Assembly (NCBI GenBank): GCA_963792415.1
Contig: CAWBVY010000007.1
Location: 1-64,000 of the forward strand
DNA from: Candidatus Deferrimicrobiaceae bacterium
Lineage (GTDB): Bacteria > Desulfobacterota > Deferrimicrobia > Deferrimicrobiales > Deferrimicrobiaceae
Direction of reading: 5' to 3'
DNA length: 64,000 bases
The notes under the pieces were generated by a model. The model saw only the letters and a list, made by a program, of their open reading frames with translations. It made no database searches and was not told where the DNA came from. Position numbers and translations under genes: made by a program. Below, in pieces: positions 17,239 to 28,433 of the stretch (the stretch's first letter is position 1; the number at the start of each line of letters is the position of its first letter).

Positions 17239-17327
17239 GGCTCCCCCGACGGAAAAACTCCCGGGACCGGACGGTTCCGATCCCGGGAGCGCGTGGTCCC
17301 CCGCCCGACGCTTAAGAGGCGACCGGC

Positions 17328-18317
17328 CTACCGGGCGGAGAAGATCTGGCGGAACTCCTTGCCCCAGGAACCGATCTCCTTGTCCGACAGCTCCCGGATC
17401 GGGACGACCTTGACCTTGTCGATGCCGTCGATCGGCGGGAACACCCCGGGGGCCAGCACGTACTCGCCCACCTTGTCGGCCAGGAGCTTCATGGCGTCCC
17501 TCGAAAGCCAGTAATCCAGGAAGAGCCGGGCGGCGTTGGGGTGGGGCGCCTTGGCCGCGATCGCAACGCCGCGCGGCGTGCCGAGGAGGATGCCGGTCCT
17601 TGCCCAGTCGAGCGGCGCCTTCGCGTGGGTGATGATGTACTTGGGCATCGAGATCGCGATGAGCTTCTCCCCGCTTTCCACGGGGGCGGGAGTCGGGCTG
17701 AACGAAGTGACGAACATCGGGTTGTTGGCCGCGAGCCCCTTGAGGAAATCCCTCCACTCCTTGTCGCTCGCGAACACCCCGGCCTCCTTCAGACCCACCA
17801 GCCAGGAGATGGTGGTGGCGTGCGAGGAGGGGTCCGGCATGACGATCTTGTCGCGCCATTTCGGGTCCGCAAGGTCCTTGTACTCCTTGGGGACGTCCCC
17901 GGGCTTGACCAGGTTCTTGTTGTAGATCAGGGCGACGTACTCGATGCCGAACTGGACGATGGTGTCGTCCTGGGTCGCCCAGGCGGGGTACCCGGCGGCC
18001 GAGGGGGACCGGTACGCGGCGAGCACCCCCTTCTCCTTCAGCGCCTGGAGGATCGGCAGCGGTCCCTGGAGCACGTCGGCCTCCAGCTTGCCGGCCTGGA
18101 ATTCGGTCAGCACGGTCGCGAGGTACTTGGTGGTCGAGATCCGCGTGTAGACGCCCTTTACCCCGTTGGCGGCGGTAAACGCCTCCATGATCGGCTCCAC
18201 CGCGGTGATGTTGGCGTAGAAATTTGCCGCTCCTTCCTTCTTCGCCGCCGCGGGATCGGACGCGAATGCAGGCGGAACCAGAGCGGCGCACAAGAACAGA
18301 AGAACCAGTTTCTTCAT
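17328..18317 (-). CDS. ABC importer substrate-binding protein (FbpA/AfuA-like)
   Basis: Signal peptide 'MKKLVLLFLCAALVPPAFA', then 'LIYNKNLV', 'DLADPKW' and 'APHPNAARLFLDYWLS'. Confidence 0.92.
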   Translation of the reverse strand: MKKLVLLFLCAALVPPAFASDPAAAKKEGAANFYANITAVEPIMEAFTAANGVKGVYTRISTTKYLATVLTEFQAGKLEADVLQGPLPILQALKEKGVLAAYRSPSAAGYPAWATQDDTIVQFGIEYVALIYNKNLVKPGDVPKEYKDLADPKWRDKIVMPDPSSHATTISWLVGLKEAGVFASDKEWRDFLKGLAANNPMFVTSFSPTPAPVESGEKLIAISMPKYIITHAKAPLDWARTGILLGTPRGVAIAAKAPHPNAARLFLDYWLSRDAMKLLADKVGEYVLAPGVFPPIDGIDKVKVVPIRELSDKEIGSWGKEFRQIFSAR

Positions 18318-18400
18318 GATCGTTTCTCCTTTCCCTCCGTTGGCTTCCCGTAATTTTCCCGCAAGGGGCACGAGGATCGTCTGCCGGCGGCCCCTGTCCA

Positions 18401-19087
18401 TCACTCCCCGAAGCGGACGCTCTCCAGCGATCCGACGACCCAGTCGGCTTCGGCGAGTTCCCCGGCGCCGTAGCTGTTGGTGACGGCGAGCGCCCGCAGG
18501 CCCGCCCCTTTCGCGGACCGGATCCCGGCGGGGGTGTCCTCGACGGCGACCGACTTTTCCGGGGCCGTCAGCAGCATGTCGTACTTCTGCGACAATCTCG
18601 CGAAGGCGAGCGCGTAGCTTTCCGGGTCGGGCTTGCTCCTGCGCACGTCGTCGGCGGAAACGATCGCGTCGAAGCAGTGGGCGACGCCAATTTGCGAGAG
18701 GATCGGTTCGATGTCGGAGCGAAGGGCGCCGCTGCACAGGGCCAGCGGGAAACCCGCCGCGCGAAGGGTTTCGATCAGGGGGACGGCTCCCGGGTAGGCG
18801 GTCACCCCGTTCCGGAGCCCGTCATGGAACGCGCGGGACTTCGCGGCGACGAGTTTCCCGAGGTTCGCCTCGTCGAGCGCGATCCCTTTTCTACGGAACG
18901 CCTCCCGGAACGCGTCCCGGTCGTCGAACCCCATGTAGGTCTCGACGTACACTTCCCACGGGAACCCCATCCCGAGCGGATCGAGAACCTCGAGGAACGC
19001 CCGGTAATGCATCGGTTCGCTGTCGACGAGAATCCCGTCGAAATCGAAGAGGACCGCCTCGGGCCTGGGAAGCGAAAGGGGTTTCAT
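18401..19087 (-). CDS. HAD-superfamily phosphatase (beta-PGM/CbbY-like)
   Basis: 'FDFDGILVDSE', 'KPDPE' and 'VEDTPAGI' motifs. Confidence 0.93.
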   Translation of the reverse strand: MKPLSLPRPEAVLFDFDGILVDSEPMHYRAFLEVLDPLGMGFPWEVYVETYMGFDDRDAFREAFRRKGIALDEANLGKLVAAKSRAFHDGLRNGVTAYPGAVPLIETLRAAGFPLALCSGALRSDIEPILSQIGVAHCFDAIVSADDVRRSKPDPESYALAFARLSQKYDMLLTAPEKSVAVEDTPAGIRSAKGAGLRALAVTNSYGAGELAEADWVVGSLESVRFGE

Positions 19088-19160
19088 CGGGGTACCGGGA
19101 TTCTCCTGTTAACAGGCAATATACTCCGGATCCGCCCATAGGGGAAACTGCCAGAACGAT

Positions 19161-19187
19161 TAAAGTATTTTACCCTCCTGCCGATAA
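19161..19187 (+). promoter_or_regulatory. sigma28 (FliA)-type promoter of hybrid kinase operon
   Basis: TAAA-GTATTTTACCCTCCT(15)-GCCGATAA is an exact consensus match ~108 nt before the ATG. Confidence 0.78.
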
Positions 19188-19294
19188 CACAAAAGCATGG
19201 CGAAGGGTCCGAGGGGTTCAAGGGGAGGAACGGCCCGAGCGGGTGCGTCCGGCCGGACGACCGGGTCGTGTTCCAGATCCGATGGAGGCGAGAG

Positions 19295-22129
19295 ATGATC
19301 TTATCGTTCCGGGACGCTCCCATCCGGAAGAAAATCGTAGCGATCATCCTGCTGACCAGCGGGCTCGTCCTGGCCGGTTCCTCGATCGTGTTCGTGGTCG
19401 ACGAGGTGGCGTTCTTCCGGACGGATGCCCGGAAACACCTGGCATCGGCCGCCACCGCGATCGGCAGGAACGGCGCTGCCGCGGTCATGTCCGGGGACGC
19501 GGACGCGGCGGACGAGTCGCTCCAGGAGCTTCGCGGGAACGAATCGATCCTCGCCGCCTACCTGCTCACGGGCGAAAACGAGATCCTGGCCGCCTACGTC
19601 TCCCCGAAGGCGGCTTCGGGGGATCTTCCGCTCCCGATCGGGTCCGTCGCCGGCCGCCGGAAGGTGACGCCCGGGGAGCTGCAATCGCTTTACAGAGAAG
19701 AAGACTCCTGGGGTTTCCGTGCCATCGATGTGGTGTCGGACATCACGAAGGAGGGGCGGCGGGTCGGCAGGGTGGTCATCAGGGCCTCGTCCGCCGGGCT
19801 CGAGGAACGCATGGCGCGGTACCTCCCGCTCGTGGGCCTGGTCCTCATCGTCTCCTTCTGCGGCGCGTACCTGCTCTCCCGGCTCCTCGCCCCCGCGATC
19901 TCCCGCCCGGTCGTGGAGCTGGCCCGAACGATGAAGGTCGTTTCGAAAGACAAGAATTTCGCCGTGCGCTGCGACAAACACGGCGACGACGAGATCGGGG
20001 AGCTCGTCGAGGGGTTCAACGAGATGCTCGATCAGATCCAGTTCCGGGACGAGAAACTGGCGCGGCACCGGGAGGAGCTCGAAGAAGAGGTGGCCCGAAG
20101 GACCGTCGAACTCGTCCACGCAAAGGAGGTTGCGGAGTCTGCCAACATCTCGAAGTCGCGGTTCCTGGCGAACATGAGCCATGAGATCCGCACCCCGATG
20201 AACGGGATCCTGGGAATGTCGGACCTCCTTCTCCAGGGAGACCTCCCGCCCGAGTACCACAGGAGCGTGGAGCTGATCCGCCGTTCGGGGGAGGGGTTGC
20301 TCGACATCATCAACGACATCCTGGATTTCTCCCGGATCGAGGCGGGGAAGATCGAGCTGGACGACGTCCCTTTCGATATCGGGACCATCGTGGAGGAGGT
20401 GGCGGAGATCCTCGCGTCGCCCGCCCATTCGAAGGGGCTTGAGCTGTCGACGCTCGTCGAGCCGGAGGTGCCTTCCGTTCTTCGGGGGGACCCCGGCCGG
20501 GTCCGCCAGGTCCTGCTCAACCTCGTGGGGAACGCCGTGAAGTTCACGGAACGCGGGGAGGTGGTCGTCCGGGCGTCCACACGGGCCCGGGACGAGGAGT
20601 CGGTGACCGTGCGGTTTTCCGTGCGGGACACGGGGATCGGGATCGCCCCCGAGGTCCGGGAAAAGATCTTCGATTCCTTTGTCCAGGCCGACGGCTCCAC
20701 CACCCGGAAGTTCGGCGGCACCGGGCTTGGGCTGACGATCTCGCGCCAGCTGGTCAATTTGATGGGCGGGGAGATCCATGTTGCGAGCGAGCCGGGCCGG
20801 GGGTCGGAGTTCGTCTTCACCGTTCCCTTCCGGAAGGGGCCGGAGTCGGTTCATCTCACGCCGGTCCCGCGGTCGGATCTGATGGGAGTGCGGGTTCTCG
20901 TGGTGGACGACAATGCCACGAACCGCGAGATCGTCCAGAAGCAGCTGTACGCCTGGGGGGTGCAGTGCCGCGGCGCCGGCGGTGGGGAGGAAGGGCTCTC
21001 CGCCCTGCGGAATGCGGCGAGCGCAGGGGCTCCCTTCGACCTGGCGATGCTGGACTTCCACATGCCCGACATCGACGGCCTGAAGCTGGCGGGGATGATC
21101 AAATCGGACCCGTCCCTCGCCGGGGTACGCCTCATCCTGATCTCCTCCGTCGGGATCCGGGGGGACGGCCGGAGGGCTCGGGAGGCCGGGATTTCCGGGT
21201 ACCTGACCAAGCCGGTCCGCCGGGACATCCTCTTCGAAAGCATCGCCGCGGTCATGGGGCACGGCGAGCCGGGAGAAGCGGACCTGGTGACCCGCCACAG
21301 CATCGTGGGGGGCCGCCGGAAGATCGGGGGGAAGATCCTGCTGGTGGAGGACAACCCATTGAACCAGGAGGTCACCCTCGGGATGCTCTCGGTCCTCGGC
21401 TGCGATGCCGACGTCGCGGGAAACGGCCAGGAAGGCCTCGACGCGATCGCCGCCAGGCGGTACGACCTTGTCCTGATGGACTGCCAGATGCCGGTCATGG
21501 ACGGGTACGCGGCCACCCGGGCGCTCCGGGCCCGGGAGGAGGAGTCCGGGGGAGGACACCTCCCCGTAGTGGCGCTGACGGCCAACGTCCTGTCCGGGGA
21601 CAGCGATGCGTGCCTTGCCGCCGGCATGGACGGATACCTGCCCAAACCCTTCACGATCCAGAAGCTCGGGAATGTTCTCTCGAAGTGGCTTTCCGTGGGG
21701 AGGGAGAAGAACCTTGGCACCGCCGCCGAAGCGCCGGTGGGAGCGGCCGTGACGGCGATGCCCCCGATCTCCTCGATCGACGAGAGCGTACTCGACGGCA
21801 TCCGGGAACTCGAAGGAGCCGGAAACAGGGGTTTCTTCGAGCGGATCGTCAAGTTGTACCTCTCCGGCGCGCCAGGACTGGTGGAGGGGGTCCTTGCCGG
21901 GGCGGAGAAGGGGGACATGGATTCCCTCCTGCTGGCGGTCCACACCCTGAAATCGAGCAGCGCGAACGTGGGAGCGGTCGACCTTTCGGACCTCTGCCGG
22001 AAGATCGAGGGGAAGGCCCGGTCGGGCGAACCGATCACGCCCGGGGACCCCCTCCTGTCGAAATTCGAAGGGGAATCCCGGGCGGTCCACGAAGCGCTGA
22101 CGGCCATCCTGATGGGAGCATCGGCATGA
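19295..22129 (+). CDS. Hybrid sensor histidine kinase (periplasmic sensor-HAMP-HisKA-HATPase-REC-REC-Hpt)
   Basis: '[16 protein letters not shown]', '[10 protein letters not shown]', 'GGTGLGL', two receiver domains, and Hpt '[12 protein letters not shown]'. ATG 19295 after GGAGG. Confidence 0.95.
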   Translation: MILSFRDAPIRKKIVAIILLTSGLVLAGSSIVFVVDEVAFFRTDARKHLASAATAIGRNGAAAVMSGDADAADESLQELRGNESILAAYLLTGENEILAAYVSPKAASGDLPLPIGSVAGRRKVTPGELQSLYREEDSWGFRAIDVVSDITKEGRRVGRVVIRASSAGLEERMARYLPLVGLVLIVSFCGAYLLSRLLAPAISRPVVELARTMKVVSKDKNFAVRCDKHGDDEIGELVEGFNEMLDQIQFRDEKLARHREELEEEVARRTVELVHAKEVAESANISKSRFLANMSHEIRTPMNGILGMSDLLLQGDLPPEYHRSVELIRRSGEGLLDIINDILDFSRIEAGKIELDDVPFDIGTIVEEVAEILASPAHSKGLELSTLVEPEVPSVLRGDPGRVRQVLLNLVGNAVKFTERGEVVVRASTRARDEESVTVRFSVRDTGIGIAPEVREKIFDSFVQADGSTTRKFGGTGLGLTISRQLVNLMGGEIHVASEPGRGSEFVFTVPFRKGPESVHLTPVPRSDLMGVRVLVVDDNATNREIVQKQLYAWGVQCRGAGGGEEGLSALRNAASAGAPFDLAMLDFHMPDIDGLKLAGMIKSDPSLAGVRLILISSVGIRGDGRRAREAGISGYLTKPVRRDILFESIAAVMGHGEPGEADLVTRHSIVGGRRKIGGKILLVEDNPLNQEVTLGMLSVLGCDADVAGNGQEGLDAIAARRYDLVLMDCQMPVMDGYAATRALRAREEESGGGHLPVVALTANVLSGDSDACLAAGMDGYLPKPFTIQKLGNVLSKWLSVGREKNLGTAAEAPVGAAVTAMPPISSIDESVLDGIRELEGAGNRGFFERIVKLYLSGAPGLVEGVLAGAEKGDMDSLLLAVHTLKSSSANVGAVDLSDLCRKIEGKARSGEPITPGDPLLSKFEGESRAVHEALTAILMGASA

Positions 22130-24189
22130 CGGAACCGGTCGCTTCCTCCCCGCTGGTTCTTGTGGTGGACGACGATCCCTCTTCGCGGTTGCTGGCAGCG
22201 GCTTCCCTCAAGAAGGCAGGCTACGCCACCGTGGAGGCGGCCGACGGAAATGACGCGGTGACGGCGTTCGGGCGGTTCCGGCCGGTCGTCATTCTGATGG
22301 ACGCGGTGATGCCCGGAATGGACGGATTCGCCGCCATCCGGGAGATCCGCAATCGCCCCGGCGGGGAGCGCGTCCCCATCCTGATGATGACGGGGCTGGA
22401 TGACCTGGCATCCATCCAGAGGGCATACGATGTCGGGGCGACGGACTTCGCCGTCAAGCCGGTCAACTGGGTGGTCCTCGGCCACCGGGTCGGCTACCTC
22501 CTGCGCTCCAACCGCGCGTTCCTCGATCTCGCGGCCAGCGAGGAGAAGACCCGGGCCCTTCTCCGGACGATCCCGGACCTTATCTTCCGGCTCGGCGCCG
22601 ACGGTACCATCCTTGACGTGGTCGCGGGTCAGGAGCACGGGTCGATCGGCGCGAATCCGATCCTGGCGGGGCGGAAGCTCTCGGATGTGCTGCTGGGCGA
22701 GGCGGCGGAAGAGGCCTTCAGGCACGCCGAGGAGGCGCGCAAGAGCGGAGAGGTCCGGATGTTCGAATACACCCTGACGATCGGACCGGAGCTCCGGAGC
22801 TTCGAGGGACGGATCGTCTCGATCCCGGACGGGGAATCGCTGTTCATCGCCCGGGACATCACCGACCGCAGGAAGGCGGAAGCCCGCCTTGCCTACATGG
22901 CGTACCACGACGCCCTGACCGGTCTGCCCAACCGGGTCACGTTCAACGACCGGCTCGTGCGGGACCTGGCCCGGGGTCGGCGCCGGAACGAGGTCGTCGG
23001 GGTTGTGCTCATCGACCTTGACCGGTTCAAGGAGGTCAACGACACCCTCGGTCACGCGACAGGAGACCGCCTTCTCGTGGCGGTGGCGGAGCGGCTCCAG
23101 AGCGTCGTGCGGGAGACTGACACCCTGGCCCGGATGTCGGGGGACGAGTTCTGCGTCATCCTGACGGACCAGCGCGACGAGGGCGCGGCCATCGAAGCCG
23201 CCCACAGGCTCCACAACGCTCTTGTCGCGCCGTTCACGATCGACGGGCAGGAGATGCGGGTGACCGCCAGCATGGGGATCAGCCTGTTCCCCTTCAACGG
23301 CGACGCGCCGGAAACGCTCGTGAAGAACGCCGACATCGCCATGTTCCGGGCCAAGGCGCAGGGGCGGGACGCCGTCCAGGTCTTCTCGGATGAGATGAGC
23401 GCCGCGGTGGAGGAGCGGGCCCGGATGGAGAAGGGATTGCGGAAGGCCATCGAGAAGAACGAGTTCGTCATCCACTATCAGCCCGAGATCGATCTGGGGA
23501 CCGGGCGGATCGTCGGGGCCGAAGCCCTCGTGCGGTGGCGGACCCCGGACCGGGGACTGGTCCTGCCGATGACGTTCATCCCTCTCGCGGAGGAGACGGG
23601 CGCGATCGTCCCCATAAGCGAGTGGGTCCTCCGGACGGCGTGCGAACAGGCGAAGGCGTGGCAGAGGTACTCGCCCTTCCGGGTGTCGGTGAACGTGTCG
23701 GCCCGGCTCTTCCAGCAGTACGACCTGTCGCAGGCGATCCTCGACATCCTGGCCGATACGGGCCTCGGGCCCGAATCCCTGGGGCTGGAGATCACGGAGT
23801 CGGTGGCGATGGTGAACCTGGAGAGCACCATGAATACGCTCTGGAAGCTGAACGGGCTCTCCATCCGGGTCGCGATGGACGACTTCGGTATCGGCTACTC
23901 CTCGCTCGCCTATCTCAAGAAGTTCCCGATCAACATGCTGAAGATCGACCGGGCCTTCATCCGGGAGCTGGACCGGAGCCCCGAGGACCAGACGATCGTG
24001 AAGGCCATCTTCGCGATGGCCCGGTCCCTGGAGATCGAAGTGGTCGCGGAGGGCGTGGAACGGGTGGAACAGCTGGATCTGCTGAAATCGTTCGGCTGCG
24101 GACTGGCGCAGGGGTTCCTCTTCAGCGAGGCTGTCCCGGCGGAGGCATTCACCCGCCTGTTGCTGGAAAACAGGAAAATGGCCGTATGA
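22126..24189 (+). CDS. Response regulator with REC-PAS-GGDEF-EAL domains (c-di-GMP turnover)
   Basis: 'VLVVDDD', '[10 protein letters not shown]', 'RMSGDEF', 'EALVRW', '[10 protein letters not shown]' and 'VAEGVE'. ATGA overlap with the kinase. Confidence 0.95.
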   Translation: MTEPVASSPLVLVVDDDPSSRLLAAASLKKAGYATVEAADGNDAVTAFGRFRPVVILMDAVMPGMDGFAAIREIRNRPGGERVPILMMTGLDDLASIQRAYDVGATDFAVKPVNWVVLGHRVGYLLRSNRAFLDLAASEEKTRALLRTIPDLIFRLGADGTILDVVAGQEHGSIGANPILAGRKLSDVLLGEAAEEAFRHAEEARKSGEVRMFEYTLTIGPELRSFEGRIVSIPDGESLFIARDITDRRKAEARLAYMAYHDALTGLPNRVTFNDRLVRDLARGRRRNEVVGVVLIDLDRFKEVNDTLGHATGDRLLVAVAERLQSVVRETDTLARMSGDEFCVILTDQRDEGAAIEAAHRLHNALVAPFTIDGQEMRVTASMGISLFPFNGDAPETLVKNADIAMFRAKAQGRDAVQVFSDEMSAAVEERARMEKGLRKAIEKNEFVIHYQPEIDLGTGRIVGAEALVRWRTPDRGLVLPMTFIPLAEETGAIVPISEWVLRTACEQAKAWQRYSPFRVSVNVSARLFQQYDLSQAILDILADTGLGPESLGLEITESVAMVNLESTMNTLWKLNGLSIRVAMDDFGIGYSSLAYLKKFPINMLKIDRAFIRELDRSPEDQTIVKAIFAMARSLEIEVVAEGVERVEQLDLLKSFGCGLAQGFLFSEAVPAEAFTRLLLENRKMAV

Positions 24190-24506
24190 GTAACGACTCG
24201 GAATACGGGGACCCTCGTCGGCGGGTACCCGCTCGCGAACCTCGCCTTGCCGGCGCGCAGGCTCCAGTCTGGGCTCGAGACGTTCGCGTCGGGGCAACAC
24301 GGTTCGAATGGGGAGAACGCCTGAACGGGTAGCGTTCGGGCCAGGGAGGTGCCCCAGGGGTTACCCTTTTCTAATCTCCTCGGCGCTGATCTTCTTCGGG
24401 GCGATCCTCAAGAAATTCGTGCGGAACGTCGACGTTGTGGCATGATCCGTCGGGCTTTCCCGGTTCATTTGTGGTAAATTGTCGGAAAAGGGAAAGCGGG
24501 TGTATC

Positions 24507-24728
24507 TTGGCGAAGGACGATCTGGCGAATCTCGAAGGGACCGTGACCGAGGCCCGCGGCGGCGGGAATTTCGTCGTCAAGCTCGAAAACGGCCACGTTC
24601 TCACGGCGAAGCTCGGCGGCGCCATGCGCCGGTTCCGGATCCGGGTCATCTCGGGGGACCGGGTGACGATCGGCGTCTCCCCCTACGACCCGACCCACGG
24701 ACTCATTCTCTACCGCCACAAGAACTGA
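24507..24728 (+). CDS. infA: Translation initiation factor IF-1
   Basis: TTG start. 'AKDDLANLEGTVTEA...FVVKLENGH...RIRVISGDRVTIGVSPYD..GLILYR'. Confidence 0.92.
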   Translation: MAKDDLANLEGTVTEARGGGNFVVKLENGHVLTAKLGGAMRRFRIRVISGDRVTIGVSPYDPTHGLILYRHKN

Positions 24729-24741
24729 ATCCCCGACTCCG

Positions 24742-25086
24742 GTGAAAACGAAGTCCGTCTACAGGGTGCTCTTCCGGAACCAGGAGAACCTGTACGAGCT
24801 GTACGCGCGGAAGGTGGGGCAGGGGACCCTGTTCGCCTTCGTCGAGGTCGAGGAGATCCTCTTCGGCAACAGGGGCGGCGTCCTCGTCGACCCGTCGGAG
24901 GAGCGGCTGAAGTCCGAGTTCGCCGGCGTCAAGCGTACCTATATCCCCTTGCAGGCCGTGGTGCGCATCGACGAGGTAGAGAAGGAGGGGGCGAACAAGA
25001 TCGTCGCCCTCGCGGGGACCCAGGGGAACGTGACCCATTTCCCGATGCCGCCCGGGAGCATCGGGACGAAACCCGGCAAAGGCTGA
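24742..25086 (+). CDS. DUF1820 family protein
   Basis: 'YRVLFRNQENLYELYAR', 'VDPSEERLKSEFAGVKRTYIP' and 'RIDEVEKEG'. Confidence 0.8.
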   Translation: MKTKSVYRVLFRNQENLYELYARKVGQGTLFAFVEVEEILFGNRGGVLVDPSEERLKSEFAGVKRTYIPLQAVVRIDEVEKEGANKIVALAGTQGNVTHFPMPPGSIGTKPGKG

Positions 25087-25095
25087 GCCTCCCGG

Positions 25096-26328
25096 TTACC
25101 GCAGGTTCTTCCGGATCCGCTCCACCGCCTCAACGACGTTCTCCCGGTTTCCGAAGGCCGACATCCGGAAAAATCCCTCGCCCGACGGCCCGAACCCGCT
25201 GCCCGGCGTCCCGACCACGTGACACTCCGTGAGAAGCCGGTCGAAAAAGTCCCACGAGGAGATCCCGCCCGGGGTCTTCAGCCAGATGTAGGGGGCGTTG
25301 ACGCCGCCGTAAATGGTCAGCCCCGCGCCCGCGAGCCCCTCCCGGATGATCTTCGCGTTTCCCATGTAGTAGTCGACGATCGCCTTCGTCTGCCGCCACC
25401 CCTCGTCGGAGTATACCGCCGCCGCCGCCCTCTGGACCGGGTAGGAGACGCCGTTGAACTTCGTCGTCTGACGGCGGTTCCACAGCTTGTTCAGCGACAC
25501 CCGTTCGCCGGCCGGCGTGTTCGCCGTCACCTCCTCCGGCACCACCGTCAGCGCGCACCGCACCCCGGTGAAGCCGGCGGTCTTGGAGAAGGAGCGGAAC
25601 TCCACCGCGCACCGCGCCGCGCCGTCGATCTCGTAGATCGAGCGGGGATAGCCGGGCTCCGTGATGAACGCCTCGTAGGCCGCGTCGAAGAAGATCACCG
25701 CGTCGTTGGCGAGGGCGTAGTCGACCCACCCCTTGAGCTGCGCCTTCGTCGCGACCGTGCCCGTCGGGTTGTTCGGGGAGCACAGGTAGACGATGTCGAC
25801 CTTCCCCTTCGGGATGTCGGGAAAGAAGCCGTTCGCCTCGGTGCACGGGAGGTAGACGATCCCCTGGTAATATCCCCGCTCGTCGGCCGGACCGGAGCGG
25901 CCGATCATCACGTTCGTGTCGTTGTAGACCGGGTAGACCGGGTCGCCGATCGCCACCTTGTTGTCGAGGGCGAAGATGTCGAGGATGTTCGCCGTGTCGC
26001 ACTTCGATCCGTCCGAGATGAAGATCTCGCTCCGCTTGAGGCGGACGCCCAGCGGCGCGTACGCCTTTTCGATCAGCGTGTCGATGAGGAAGTCGTACCC
26101 CTGCTCCGGGCCGTACCCCATGAACGTCTTCTCCTCGCCGAGCTCGGCGACGGCGCCGTGGAAGGCCGACAGGACGGCGGGCGGCAGCGGACGCGTGACG
26201 TCGCCGATCCCGAGGCGGATGACCTTCGCGGACGGGTTCGCCGCGGCGAAGGCCCGGACCCGGCGCCCGATCTCCGGGAAAAGGTATCCGGCTTTCAGCT
26301 TGAGATAATGCTCGTTGACCCGTGCCAT
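25096..26328 (-). CDS. dapL: LL-diaminopimelate aminotransferase
   Basis: 'YLFPEI', 'LGIGDVT', 'GYGPEQGY', 'DPVYPVY', 'PNNPTG' and '[13 protein letters not shown]'. Confidence 0.96.
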   Translation of the reverse strand: MARVNEHYLKLKAGYLFPEIGRRVRAFAAANPSAKVIRLGIGDVTRPLPPAVLSAFHGAVAELGEEKTFMGYGPEQGYDFLIDTLIEKAYAPLGVRLKRSEIFISDGSKCDTANILDIFALDNKVAIGDPVYPVYNDTNVMIGRSGPADERGYYQGIVYLPCTEANGFFPDIPKGKVDIVYLCSPNNPTGTVATKAQLKGWVDYALANDAVIFFDAAYEAFITEPGYPRSIYEIDGAARCAVEFRSFSKTAGFTGVRCALTVVPEEVTANTPAGERVSLNKLWNRRQTTKFNGVSYPVQRAAAAVYSDEGWRQTKAIVDYYMGNAKIIREGLAGAGLTIYGGVNAPYIWLKTPGGISSWDFFDRLLTECHVVGTPGSGFGPSGEGFFRMSAFGNRENVVEAVERIRKNLR

Positions 26329-26394
26329 GCGCGCGAACCCCCCTGTGCGGAATCGAAGGCGTCCGAAGAAGATACCACACGGGCCTGGGGGATC

Positions 26395-26916
26395 TTACCG
26401 GGCGGCGTTCCCCGCCCGGAGCAGCGCCGCGATCGTCTTCCCGTCCCGGATCTCGCCCGATGCCGCGAGGCGAAGCGCTTCCCCGATCGGCATCCGCACC
26501 GTCGCGATCTCCTCGTACTGCTCCGGATCCGCGTTCCCCTGCGACAGCCCGGTGCCGAGAAACAGGTGGATCACCTCGTCGAACACGCCGGGGGAAGGGT
26601 AGAAATAGCCGAGGGGGACCAGTTCGCGCGCGGAGAGTCCCGTCTCCTCGACCAGCTCCCTGCCGCCGCACGCCGCCGGATCCTCGCCGGGCTGAAGCCT
26701 GCCCGCCGGGATCTCGAGGAGGGTGCCGTCCACCGCCGGCCGCAGCTGCCGGATCAGCGTGACCGTCCCGTCGTCGTGCAGCGGAAGGACGCCGACGCCG
26801 CCCGGGTGCCGGACGACCTGGAAGGTGTGCCACCCCTTCTTCCCGATCCGGACCTCGAACTGCTCGATGTCCACGACCAGCCCCGAGAAGAGCGTCGACC
26901 GGTTTCTCGTTTCCAT
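26395..26916 (-). CDS. NUDIX hydrolase (ADP-ribose pyrophosphatase-like)
   Basis: 'HPGGV', Nudix box 'EIPAGRLQPGEDPAACGGRELVEETGL' and 'IRDGKT'. Confidence 0.92.
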   Translation of the reverse strand: METRNRSTLFSGLVVDIEQFEVRIGKKGWHTFQVVRHPGGVGVLPLHDDGTVTLIRQLRPAVDGTLLEIPAGRLQPGEDPAACGGRELVEETGLSARELVPLGYFYPSPGVFDEVIHLFLGTGLSQGNADPEQYEEIATVRMPIGEALRLAASGEIRDGKTIAALLRAGNAAR

Positions 26917-26942
26917 GCGGCCCCTTTCCTCTCCGGTCCCGG

Positions 26943-27905
26943 TCAAGGAAGGAGGACGATCTTTCCCCTGGCTCCGGGCGACATCACGGCCACGTGGCTC
27001 TCCGGCGCCGCGGACAGCGGGAGTTCCCGGCCGACGACGGGACGAAGCGACCCGTTTTCGAGCCCCGCGACGAGGGCGGCGTGGACGACGGCCCGATCGG
27101 CATCCGGCATGTTGAAGAGGGACATCCCGACGATCGAGGCGTCCCGCGCCATCGCATCCCGGGCGTCGATCTCCACGGTCCCCCGGTTGCCGATCACGAC
27201 GACCCGGCCGCCCATGGCCAGAGCCTTGAGGTCGGCCGGCAGGTTCACGTTGGCGAGCATTTCCAGGATGACGTCGAACCCCCGTCCCCCCGTCGAAGCG
27301 ACCGCCTCTTCCAGGTACCCCGCCCGGCGATGGTCGAAGACGGCGTGCGCCCCCTCGCGCAGGACCATGGCCAGTCCCTCGGCGGTCCCCGCCGTACCGA
27401 AGACGCGCAATCCCGCGGCCCGCGCGATCTGGAGCGCCGCCACCCCCACGCCGCCGCTGGCCCCGTGGACCAGGACCGTCTCCCCCGGCACGGCTCGAAT
27501 TCTCTGGAAAAGGGCGCGCCAGGCGGTGGCGTACGGTACGCCGACCGCGGCCCCCTGCGCGTACGAGACGGAGGCGGGAAGCGGGTGGACCCGTGAAGCG
27601 TTGCACAGCGAAAGCTCCGCGTAGGCCCCCGTCACGGTCTCCGAGGTGTACACCCGGTCGCCCGCGGCGACCCCCGTGACACCGTTTCCGACCGCCTCGA
27701 CGATGCCGGCGGCGTCGTGACCGGGGGTATAAGGGGGCGTCGGGCGCCGGGCATACGTTCCCGAGCGGATATACGTCTCCACCGGGTTCACCCCCACGGC
27801 CCGGACGCGGACCAGCACCTGGCCCGGCCCCGGCGACGGGTCCGGGGTCTCCTCCATGCGCATCACTTCCGGCGGACCGAATTCGTGAACGCGGATCGCT
27901 TTCAT
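26943..27905 (-). CDS. NADPH:quinone reductase (zeta-crystallin/Qor family)
   Basis: 'GVNPVETYIRSG', 'VHGASGGVG' and 'GKIVLLP'. Confidence 0.92.
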   Translation of the reverse strand: MKAIRVHEFGPPEVMRMEETPDPSPGPGQVLVRVRAVGVNPVETYIRSGTYARRPTPPYTPGHDAAGIVEAVGNGVTGVAAGDRVYTSETVTGAYAELSLCNASRVHPLPASVSYAQGAAVGVPYATAWRALFQRIRAVPGETVLVHGASGGVGVAALQIARAAGLRVFGTAGTAEGLAMVLREGAHAVFDHRRAGYLEEAVASTGGRGFDVILEMLANVNLPADLKALAMGGRVVVIGNRGTVEIDARDAMARDASIVGMSLFNMPDADRAVVHAALVAGLENGSLRPVVGRELPLSAAPESHVAVMSPGARGKIVLLP

Positions 27906-28035
27906 ATGGGTTCCCTCCCGCGATGATTGTAACCGGTGGGATGCTTCCCGTCCCCCCGCTGTTTCGCCGATCGTCTCCGCGGTACACTATATAATCTATA
28001 ATCAAGGAGCCCAGAAACGAAAACGGAGGTGGCCC

Positions 28036-28383
28036 ATGGACGAGCGGAACGACGACGTGATGATGGGAGCGATGCTGGTGCTGGTGGGCGCGATTCTCGG
28101 GGCCGGCGCGGCCCTGCTGATGGCGCCGCAATCGGGTCAAAAAACGCGCAGGGACATCACCCGGTACGCCCGGAAGACGGGCCGGAAGCTGGAAGGCGTG
28201 GCGGGGGAGGTTGCCGAACGCGTATCCGAATTGGCCGACGCCGTCGAGGAGAAGGCGGAGGAGCTCCTCGAGAAGGGGAAGGATCTCTCCGCGGAGTCCC
28301 GGGAGGTGGTGCTCGGCGCCCTGAACGAGGGACAGCAGCGACTGGGGCGGCAACGGGACCGGCTGGCGAAACTGCTGGGGTAA
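28036..28383 (+). CDS. YtxH domain-containing protein
   Basis: 'GAILGAGAALLMAPQSGQKTR'. GGAGG RBS. Confidence 0.88.
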   Translation: MDERNDDVMMGAMLVLVGAILGAGAALLMAPQSGQKTRRDITRYARKTGRKLEGVAGEVAERVSELADAVEEKAEELLEKGKDLSAESREVVLGALNEGQQRLGRQRDRLAKLLG

Positions 28384-28433
28384 CTTCGCGCCGCGGCGCG
28401 GAGTCTGAGGAGATAACCGGACGGGGGGAGCGC

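Noticed and set aside
20851-24300. 1149-aa minus-strand ORF (and similar long ORFs at 19301-22090, 33656-36739, 39902-43201, 50076-53276)
   Set aside because: Antisense shadows of well-supported genes. Long stop-free frames are expected at this GC content, and the translations have no recognisable motifs.
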